Assembly (NCBI GenBank): GCA_001724265.1
Contig: MEDY01000130.1
Span: 1 to 64,000, forward strand
DNA from: Rhizaria sp. SCN 62-66
Lineage: Eukaryota
Length of the DNA: 64,000 nt
Direction of reading: 5' to 3'
Both the position numbers and the translations under genes were made by a program. Positions 43,722 to 53,761 of this stretch are shown one piece after another. Every line of letters starts with the position of its first letter. The stretch's first letter is position 1. The notes under the pieces are model-generated. The model made no database searches. It was not told the DNA's origin and saw only the letters and a list, made by a program, of their open reading frames with translations.

Positions 43722-46700
43722 ATGTCCCAGTTTCTGGACGCGCCCTTCCCGCTCCCGGCGGCGGCGGTGGCCGAGGCACGCCGCCGTCTTGAGGCCCCCT
43801 TGCCGTCTGACACGCGTATCCAGCGCTGCCCAGACACAGGACTCGTTTTCTACGTTCACGACGACCGCCAGACGACGTCTTGGACGCATCCGTTGTGGCC
43901 TCTTCCGCCGCATCCATCCGCACTCGTTGCCGCTGTTGCAGAGGGCGCCCACAGTCCTACCAATGCCTCAGCTTAGTCCGCGTCCGCGCCTGCTGTTGCT
44001 GCTGCGGGCGCGCTCGCGGCCGCGGTGGCTGCACTGGAGCCCGGGTGGAGCGAAAAGAAAGACCCCGACGGCGCATCATACTACCTGCCTTTGCCGCCAC
44101 CAGCGCGTCTCACAGTCACTTCAATATCAACGTCCTCGTCGTCGCATCCGGGTGACGCTTCAAACGCCCCTGCCTCAGACAGCAGCAACTACGCGGGCGG
44201 GGCGTCGACTGCGGCAACCTCATCCTCGGCACCGGTGTCGTCGACTAACACAGGGACACTGGGTGCCGGGCTATACCGGGACCCGCGCGGCCCAGTTGCG
44301 CAGGCTCTGCTGCCCGCTCTCGCGCTGCCGCTGCCGCTGCACCTGGAGCCGCGGCTCGACCCGCGCGGGTACGCCTACTTAGCCGATCTAAGGGCCGGCG
44401 GGACCGGGTGGGCAGATCCCCGCGCCGCCGCGCCGGTCGGCTGGGGACAGAAGCGGCTCCGACGCCGTAATGCCACCACCGCCACGAACAACAACAACGG
44501 TGGCAATCCCAGCAAGAGTGCGAACAGTGCCGTGACACCTGCCGCTGCCGCTGCGACCGCGGGTGCGGGGGCGAGTGGAGGCGACCGCGAGCAGCAGGGC
44601 CACTGCGTGCACCCGCTGTTCTGCGCTGCTGTGGCTGCGCTGCGCTCCTGGGCTGCCGCACGCACTGCCGCGACGCCTGGAGCCGCGACTGGGGCGGACA
44701 CTGAGGCAGCGACTGAGACTGAGTTCGCGAAGACGGCGACTACTGCCGCTGCGGTTGACTCTGCTGCAGTGGCTGCGCTGTTGCGTCGTGACAGAGTGAC
44801 ATGCGGATTCACTTCTGACTGCGGCTTAACTTCCGCTCTCGGCGCCCTCTCGCTCTCACACCCCACTCCTGCGTCAACGTCACTCGTCAGCAATGACTCT
44901 GCTCGTGACAGTAGTAGTGGGAGATGGACGTGGCGCGACGCACTGCTGTGGGCTCTCTCCTCGCCCGCCGCTGCCGCTGCGAACGCGACCAACGCTGTCT
45001 CTGATAACAACAGCAGTAACAACAACAACAACAGCAACGACGACAGCGACAGCCGCAGCGACTGTAACAGCTGCTACTGCGAGGCTCTGCTTCCCCCGCC
45101 ATCTCTTTTGCCCGCGTCCGCCACCGCTGCTACGGGTACTCATGGGACTCACGGAGTGGTAACACGTGTGTCGCAGCGCGCACCGGTGCCGTTCTCGCGT
45201 CCCCACGGGTTTGTCACGTGTTTCTTCGCCGCAAACGCGCCCGCCGCGGCGCTTGCCGCCGCGCCGCTGCTCCGCGTTGAGCCGCGTACATCCGGAAATG
45301 ACTGTGAGCAGGGTGACTGTGAGCAGGGTGACTGTGAGCAGCAGCAGCAGGGTCAAGGTGAAGACGATGATGCCATTGACGCACTCATAGCCTCCGCACT
45401 CGCTGCTCACAGTCACTCTGCTGCTCACAGCCACTCTCCAGGTCTGGTAGCGCCCCAGTCGGCCACAACAGCTGTCGAAAGCGAGCTGCAAGACGAGGCG
45501 AGTCCGTTGCGTGCACTGGGCGCACTCCTTTGGTCGCTGCCGCGCTGGGCTCTGGCGCCGACCGCATCCTCCGCCGCTCCCGCCGTCGCCGCGGTCGCCG
45601 TCATTCCGGCCGAGTCTCATCCCGCCCCCCAGTCTAGTACCGCCCAGTCAAATAGCGCACAGTCTCGTCCCGCTCAGTCGACGGCTGCGGGCGAGTGTGC
45701 GGGCGGCGCGTGTGTGAGCGCAGAGCTGGCTGCGGCGGCGCGGCGGTGGGCTCTGCGCGCGGCGGCCACCGCGGCCTGTCTGCCGCCCGCCGCCGCCGCC
45801 GCTCTGCTCACGACGGATACGCAGCGCGAGCAGAAGACGGACGCCGGCGACGCAAGGACTGTGATGTCAGGGCTGCCTGCCTGGGCGCGCGCGCGCACCG
45901 CGGCCGCCGCGGCCACTGCTGCGGACTCAGCAGTTCTGGCGACCACCTTGGCACTCACGGAGCCTCTGACCCGCGTATCCGAAGACCCCCGCTTGCAGGC
46001 CCCGCTGCACACCGCACTTCCGCTCCCAGCAACGACGGACTGCGGTGTCAGTGCTGGCTCTGGCGCTTCGACTGGGCTATTGGCGGGGCGCGGGGATGTC
46101 GGCGCCGCCACGCTGCAAGGACTTGCCGCGCTCCTCACCGCGACTACCGCCGCAGCCACTGCCAATCTCAACACCATTAGCAAGAATACCAGCAAGAGCA
46201 AGAAGAAGACTGCGAAGGGCTCCGGTGGCGATGCTGACTGTGAGCACGCCGCTGCCGCCGTATCCGACGCTGTTGCGCCTTCTGTGCCCGCCTGGCTGCG
46301 CACGGCCGCCGCGTCTCTCGACACCCGCGACTGTAACAGCAGCGAGATCAGTGCCGACGATGCCGTGATGCGTGTGCTGCGCGCACTGGGCGTGCCGCGC
46401 CGCGTCCGCCGCTGCGCCGCCGCCGCCGCCGCCGCGCGCGCGCAGTGGCGGCTCCGCGTCGACCCCCGCGGCACGTACTACGCTGCCAACATTACCACCG
46501 ACCCAGCCTCAGCCGCCACAGCAATCACAACGGGGAAGAACACAGTGTCAGCGGCGACAACGGCGACTGTGAGCTGGTGGGATCCCGCGGACGTGCCGCC
46601 CCCTGGGTGGCGGCTCGCGGTCACACGCGCCGGCACACGCGTCTGGCTGCCCGCCCAGTCAAACCCTTCAGCCAACCACAAGGATGGGACTGCGATTAGG

Positions 46701-49700
46701 GCTGAGGCGCAGAGAGTGGCTGTGAGCGAGTGGGAGAGGGACGGCCGTGCTGCACTGGCTGCGTTGGCCGCGGATCCCGGTGTGTGGCTCAACCCCGACA
46801 CTGCTGCACCTCTCGACAACAACAACAACAACAACAGCAACAGCAACAACACTCACACCGGCGAAAGTGACGGTGACAGTGGCAGCGGCGCTGATGACTG
46901 CGACGACGACAGCACCAACGCTGCCGTGAGCGCGCGTGCCGCAGCTTTACTCAGCGCCGCGTTTCCCGCCGCTCCCGCCGGCGCCAACTCGGCCGCCGCG
47001 AGCTCTCATGCAGGCCGTTTCTTCTGGCCGCGCGGCGCCGACCCCCGGTCCGCGGCGTCCGTCGCCGCCGCGCTGTCCGCCGCCGAGGCCGCGCTTCCGC
47101 TCTCCGCTGCCGTCGCCGCCTCCGCAACAGTCACTGGCCTGCCTGCGTTGTTGGCGCTTTTCCGCTCCAGCGCGCGCCGCGGCGGGGCGCACAGCCGCGG
47201 GCACAGTCGCGCGCACAGCCGATCGCACCTCGACGCGGACACCGGCGCACACTCCGCCGCCGCCGCGGTGACCGTGGGCAGTGCGGGGCCGACTGCGAAT
47301 GTGTCTGCGACAGCTGCTGAGCCCAAGACGGGCCGCGGCAGTCCGTGGGGCGACCGTAGCACCAACGACGACGCGGACGACGACACGGATAGCGACGCGG
47401 ACGACTTCGAAGCCGCCGCGGGCGCGGGCGCGAGAGCGGCGCGCGCGGCCGCCGGCGTGGGCTCCGCCGCCGTCGCCGTCGCGAGGATCGCGTATCTGCG
47501 GCTGCTGCTGCGGCTGCTGCTGGGCGCGCCGTGGGCTCTCACGGTCACGTGTGCGGACCCCGAAGCGCGCGCATTGGCGCGGGCGCGGGCTGAAGCCGAA
47601 GCTGAGGCCGAGGCTGAGGCGGTCGCGGAAGTGAAGGCTGAGGCCGACGCCCTGGACCCTGCCGCAGCCGCCTCCGCTGCCTCAGCGGAGGACGCGACTG
47701 CCAGCACCGTGACTGCCGCGACCGATGCGAGAGAGACTGCTGCTAGAGAGACTAGTGCTAGCGCGAGCGCTGTCACCGGTGCGCGTGGCCGCAGTCGCCT
47801 CGCTGTCTCGGCCGCGTCCGCCGCTGCGGCTGCGCGCCTTTCGGCTGGCCGCAGCAGTGTCGGTGACAAGCCCAGCGCTGCTGACAAGTCTAGCAGTGAC
47901 AGCAAGAGCGCCGCTGCAGCGAGCGAGGTGAAATCTCCGGGCCGTGCCGCTGGCGCGGGGACGTTCGGTACTGCGGGCACCAAGCGCACGGCGGTTGCGA
48001 GCAGCACGGCGGCCTACGCAGGGGCCCCGCCGCCGCCGCCACCCGCCACGCCCGCCGCCGCGCGCGCCTCGACCCGCCGCCCCACTGCTGCTGACTCAGC
48101 CGCGGCGAGCCAGAGTACGGGGGCGGGGGCTGGGGCGATCCCGCCGCCGCCGCCGACGCCCGCGGGCCGCGTCGTAGCTGTGGGCCGTACGGGCGGATAC
48201 GGCGCCGCGGCCGCCGCGGCTGCTGCGAAGCCCGACGACACTGCGAACTCGACGTCGTCGCCGTCCATCTCGCCGCGCCGCCACGCCACCGCGGCCACCG
48301 CTAACGGCAACGGCAAGAGTGATGCGAGCGCGAAGAGTGATGCCGCGTCGAACTCCGTGAGCGCAATGCCCGCGCCGCCCGCTCATCTGCGGCTGCGGAT
48401 GGCGTCCCCGGCCGCCCCGCGCCGCGCTGCCCCGCCCGCGCTTAACGTCGCCTCCGTCGCCGCCACATCGATCACATCTCCCACGAACTCCAGTAGCGGC
48501 GGGAACGCGAGCGGTAATGCAAGTGCGAATGTAGCGCCGGCAGTGCGGCGCCCGGTCGCGATGTCCGCCGCGACGCCCACCGCGGCGGCCCGGCGCGCCA
48601 GCGGGTTCCGGGCCCCCGTCGCCGTCACCGCCGCCGCAGCGAGCGGCGCGGACCCGGCGACTCCGGCGCGACGGCCCGCGGCGGGTGCGGCCACGGTCGG
48701 CAGCAAGCACCGCCGGCTCTCGGTCGTGCCGGACTCGCCCGCGCCGGGGACTGCGGCCGCGACTTCGCAAGAGCAGGAGCAAGAGCAGATGGAGTCGCCG
48801 CCGCTGTCGCCCCGAGGCACCGGCGGCGGCGGCGGCGGCGGGCGCGCTGCTGCTGCCGCTGCTGCGGGCGCTGCGACTGGGACCGGCTCTGCAGCCGTGC
48901 GCGGCCGCACCCCCGCGCGAGACCGCGACAGCACCGCGCGCGCGCGCCGCGCCTCGGTCGGCTCCATGGGCACTGGCACCGGCGGTAACAACGGCAACGC
49001 CGGCACGGGCGCTGCGGCGGCCGCGGTGAGCGCTGCTGCCGCCGCCGGGCGCGCCGCGGCCGCCGCGGCCGCCACGTCGTCCGGCGCGTCGGGCGCGAAG
49101 CTGTCCGCCGTGACGCCTGTGGCTGACCCGCGCAAGCTGAGCGCGGGCGCGGCGGCGGCGCTGGCCGAGCTGGCGCGCGCGACGCCCGCGACCGTGGGCG
49201 GGGCGCGCGTGGCGACAAACTGCAGCTACGAGGCGCAGTTCGAGCGCGGCGAGCGGCTCGACTCCGGCGCGTTCGGCACGGTGTGGCGCGTGCGCCGGCG
49301 CTCTGACGGCAAGGCGCTGGTGATGAAAGAGAGCGATCTGACAAGGTTTGACCCTGAGCAGAAGCGCGCGGCGCGGCTTGAGGCGCAGATTCACTCGCAG
49401 CTGAGCTCACACTTTGTCGTGCGCCACGAAGCGAGCTTTCTCACGGCCAGCAACGTCTGGGTGGTGATGGAGTACGCCCCCGCCGGCTCACTATGGGACC
49501 TCATCGCGCACCGGCGCGCCAACTTTGCCGCGCTGGGCTACTGGCCCGAAGAGCAAGTGCTCTGGTGGTTCGCTCAGCTCGCACAGGCGCTGGCGCATGT
49601 GCACGCCAAGGGGGTCGTTCACTTGGACCTCAAACCGGCGAACTTGCTGCTGGCGCGCGACTGGTCACTGCGGTTGTGCGACTTCGGTCTCTCGCTGCTG

Positions 49701-50558
49701 CTGTCGGAGCAGGCGCGTCGCGTGCACAACAAAGACGCCTTCGCCGGCACGCCTGCGTACGCGTCGCCGGAGCAGATGACCGGCCAGCCGCCGGAGCGCA
49801 GCACTGACGTCTGGGCGTCGGGCGTGATTCTCTATATGCTCTGCGCACTTGTCCCGCCGTTCGGCGACATCACGGCGCGCGGCGGGGCGCTGGCGGGCGG
49901 CAAGATGGGCGCGGACGAGGCGCGCCAGTTCGCGGACCTGCGCAAGCGCATCCTACAGAGCGGATTCGAGCCGTTGCCGCCGCACTTCAGCCCGGAGCTC
50001 AACGCGCTGCTGGCGCGGCTGCTGGCCAAGAAGGCGCGCTTCCGCCCCACGATGGCCGAAGTGCTGGCGATGCCGCTGCTGCAAAAGTACATCCACCTGC
50101 CGCAGCCTGTCGCCGCGACTGCCAGTGCCAGTGCTCAGGATGAGCCTGAGACGCCGCCGCCGCCGCAGCAGCAGCACGAGGACGGCGACCGCGGCGGGTA
50201 CGGAGGCCACTCGCGCCACGGGAGCTACGATCGTGAGCAGTACGAGCGCAGCCACGGCCATGAACACGGGCACGGTCGTGAGGCGCATCATCAGTTTGAG
50301 CGCAGCGAGCAGCAGCGGCGCTACAGGCACGAGCTCCAACACGATGATAACGACAACGAACATGAACAGGAGCGGTCGCGGTCGCGCTCGCGGACGCGGG
50401 CGGAGACTGGTGGTTACGAGCATGAACAGGACTATGAGCGCGAGCATGCGTATACCAATACTACTACACACGTGCATGAGCAACAACAACAGCAGCAGCA
50501 GGAGCGTGGGCACGAGTCGCACCATGCGGGGGCGGAGCATGCGCATGATGAGTACTAA
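43722..50558 (+). CDS. WW-like-repeat, NEK-type Ser/Thr kinase (~2278 aa) with one in-frame TAG at 43974-43976
   Basis: The ATG 43722 ORF (WW-like FYVHDDRQTTSWTHP) is in frame with the 44025-50558 ORF across a single TAG. Kinase near the C-terminus: SGAFGTV, VMKE, VMEYAPAGSL, WFAQLAQAL, HLDLKPAN, DFG, GTPAYASPE; ends TAA. Confidence 0.82.
45300..45341 (+). repeat. 15-bp coding tandem repeat (DCEQG, ~3 copies)
   Basis: GACTGTGAGCAGGGT repeated. Confidence 0.85.
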
Positions 50559-51050
50559 AAAGTTGTTGAGCACGATTAATAACACAGTTTTAAAAGGATC
50601 TGATTTTATTCTATGATTTATTTGCAACTGTCACTTGATTACGGTCATACACCAACTTGTTTGATGATACAACGATTCCGTGGCCGATTTGTGGCCAGCG
50701 TTGACCGAGTGTCGGCCTTCGCCTTGCCGAGTCATCTTTACTGATCGCGCAGGAACTCGTAACATGCATCGTGAGATCGCACTGCGACTCGCCAAGCAGA
50801 TTATATTGTTCTTTATATCATATATGTTTTGTTCAAACTTGCTAGAATCGTGCTTTAATACGGTATAATCGCTTGATTCTATCTGCAATCTGACGACGTC
50901 TTGACCTCCTTCGCCTCACCCTTCAATCATATCCATTCGTCTATTATCTTCGATACCCTTCAAGCCCCAACAAAAAACAAAGAGATCAACCCCTTGGGAC
51001 TTATAAAGTCTGGGCAGTTGGCACTAGACGTGTCGTTCTCCCCGCTTCCC

Positions 51051-53291
51051 ATGCCCCGCCACGTCGCTGGCGTCGCGCCTCTCACAGCGGCGCTCTCCGC
51101 ATCGCTGCTGTTCCTTGCGCTGCTGCTGGCGGCCCCCGCCCCTTGCACGGCTCAAACCGCGACGCAGAAGGCGATTCTCGACATGATGGAATCCAAGGGC
51201 CCGTCGATCCACGTCCAGGACGACGACGTCTCGCTGTCGTACGCCATCATCGACAAGTACCAATGCAGCTCCATGACCGGCTCGCATTGTATCGCGCTCC
51301 ACGGTGGCGGGTTCTCGGCCGCGCACGCCGCGCCTGCTGAGGTTGACCGCGCCATGGACTCGGTCGTGCGCAAGTACGCCCGTACCGCGCATCTTCGCGT
51401 CTCCACGCTGCGCGACAAGCCGTCCCTGCGCGGTCGCCGTGCAAACAACGCCGCGAACTCTGCTGCAGCGAAGCGTGGCGCGACCGGCACTGCGAGCAAC
51501 CCCTTCGCGTCGTTGTCCGCGGCCGCCGCATCGTCGTCTCAGCGCGCGTTTACGTCTGTGTTGACCGCGCCCTCGCTGGTGGCCGCTTTGACCCAGCTCG
51601 CGGCCACGTCCAAGGCACCCGCCGACGCCTCTGCGGTTGCCACTTCCTCTGCGGGCGCCGGCACCGAGGGCCGCGAGGCCGTGGAGGCGCTATTGAAACG
51701 CATCTACGGGCCAGGGTCAAAGATTGAAGTCCGTGAGGAGCCCCGTGGCACGTGGCACATCTCGAGCAACACACAACCAGGCCAATACGCCGCGTCCGCC
51801 GCTGCCGCTGCGGGTGCGACGACGGGGGCGAACGGGATGGCCAAGGCGGCCGCGGTGCCGTTGGCGGAGATCGACTACGATGCGCCGGCGTCGGATGCTA
51901 TTTTCGCCGCGCTGGCCAAGGAGGCGAAGCGCAACCGCGCGCTCAAGGCTGCCGGCATCGCTCCGCCGCCTGCTGCTCATGCCAACGCTGCTGCTGTGCC
52001 CGCTGCTGCCACTGCGGGTGCGAATGTGGGCGGAGTGACGCAGCTGGCGGAGATCCTGGTGGCTGCGGCGGCCGCGATCGAGTCAGGCAATGTCAAGGGC
52101 GCGATAATCTCGCAGTCGCAGTCGCAGTCTCCGTCGCAGCAGACTCAGGCGGAGGCTGGCGGCACAGTTCTCACAACCCAAGGCGCGGACGGGGCGACGG
52201 TGACTGTGCTGAGCATGGAGGATGCGGTGGCGCAACTCAAGGCCTTTAAGCTCGCCGCTGCCGCGCTCACTGCCGCGCCGTCACAGGCTGAGCAGGCAAA
52301 GGTACAGTTCCAGGCTCCAGCAGCAACTGTGACAGCGGGTGACGCCAGCGGTTTGGCGCAAGGTAAGGCTGCTGGCGCGAATGGAGGCGATAAGGCGCAT
52401 GCTGCGCTACTGTCGCGGCTTGCGAACGAAGGCTACACTCGCGTGTCTAGCGGCGCCAACACCAACGCGGACGTGGATGCAGATGCGGATGCAAGTGCGG
52501 ACACTGACGTAAAGGCGAACGCGAACGCCGTGGACGCTGATACGAAGGTGAGCGCGAACGCTAACGCGAAGGCTGATCCGCATGCGAACACGAATGCTCA
52601 CGCGAATCCTAACGCTAACGCAAAGGCGAGTGCTAAAGCTAAAGTCAAGGCACATGATAAAGCAAGCGCGAAGGCGACCACGCAGGCAAACATCGATGGT
52701 GCCGCTAGTAAGAAAGTTGGCACCCCCGTAGCCCCCGCTACGAATGCTGCTCCTGCTGCTCCTGCAAATGCTGCGAATGGTGCGCCTGCGGTGCCTGCTG
52801 CGACAACCAGCGTTGCGCCTAACGTGCACGTTGTGACCGCCGCCACTGGCGCCGCCACAGAGTCCGGCGCTGGCGGCGATGAAAAGGCTGATGCTGAGGC
52901 AATTTTGGAGGCCGCGTTGGCTGCGAGGCGTGCGCGCAGGCCTGTCACTGCAAATGCTGGTGCGAACAAGGATGCCGCCATTCAGAATGCCGCTGCCAAC
53001 AAGGACACGAGCAAGGACACGGTTGCTTCGACCAAGGACATCAACAAGGATGCGACCAACAAGGACGCACCCGACACGGGCGCTGCCAGCCACGACAACA
53101 CGGAGGCGAGCAAGGGCGCTGTTGCGGGCGACGCCACGAGCAAGGGCACCACCCGCAGGAGCAGAAACAACCGGAACAACAAAAACAAGGGCAATAGCGA
53201 CAAAGCGAACGCTCCTGTCGCTGCAGGCGCGGCTGACGCGGTTGCGAGTACGACGCCTGCTGGGGTGTACAACGATGCTAAGAAGCCGTGA
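51051..53291 (+). CDS. Predicted secreted low-complexity (Ala/Asn/Lys/Asp-rich) hypothetical protein
   Basis: Long ORF from ATG 51051 with signal-peptide-like LSASLLFLALLLAAPAPCTA; flanked by AT-rich spacers; ends TGA. Confidence 0.75.
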   Translation: MPRHVAGVAPLTAALSASLLFLALLLAAPAPCTAQTATQKAILDMMESKGPSIHVQDDDVSLSYAIIDKYQCSSMTGSHCIALHGGGFSAAHAAPAEVDRAMDSVVRKYARTAHLRVSTLRDKPSLRGRRANNAANSAAAKRGATGTASNPFASLSAAAASSSQRAFTSVLTAPSLVAALTQLAATSKAPADASAVATSSAGAGTEGREAVEALLKRIYGPGSKIEVREEPRGTWHISSNTQPGQYAASAAAAAGATTGANGMAKAAAVPLAEIDYDAPASDAIFAALAKEAKRNRALKAAGIAPPPAAHANAAAVPAAATAGANVGGVTQLAEILVAAAAAIESGNVKGAIISQSQSQSPSQQTQAEAGGTVLTTQGADGATVTVLSMEDAVAQLKAFKLAAAALTAAPSQAEQAKVQFQAPAATVTAGDASGLAQGKAAGANGGDKAHAALLSRLANEGYTRVSSGANTNADVDADADASADTDVKANANAVDADTKVSANANAKADPHANTNAHANPNANAKASAKAKVKAHDKASAKATTQANIDGAASKKVGTPVAPATNAAPAAPANAANGAPAVPAATTSVAPNVHVVTAATGAATESGAGGDEKADAEAILEAALAARRARRPVTANAGANKDAAIQNAAANKDTSKDTVASTKDINKDATNKDAPDTGAASHDNTEASKGAVAGDATSKGTTRRSRNNRNNKNKGNSDKANAPVAAGAADAVASTTPAGVYNDAKKP

Positions 53292-53761
53292 ATTGGGGAG
53301 AGGGGTGTGTGATGCGGGATGTGTTATGCTAGAGTGTGATGCTGAGTCTCGGCATTTGATTGGCCATGGTCTTGCTAAGGCCAATCAACAATAATAAACA
53401 AAATACGCTTCAAATCAGATATCTACTTCTTGACACACAGCTGTAACTGCGCTGCGTCATCAGTGCGAGTGCGCGCGCAACATACCTAATGCGGGTCGCG
53501 TCCGAGGTCACCCACAAAATTCTCACTATAACCTTCTTGTTGCGCGATACCAAAGCACATGCTTTAACATCACGAGTGAAATTTGAATTTCATAGTTGGA
53601 CCATCAGTTTTGATCAAAAGTGGCACTTTATTTTCTATCAGGCCCAGTGGCCCTGATGAGTGACAATGTAATAATCGCCAGTTGTTGTAAATCACACCGC
53701 ACTGACTTTTATCATAACCATATGGTAACGTGCGTTTGCAGTTCCGCGCGAGATAAGCTTT

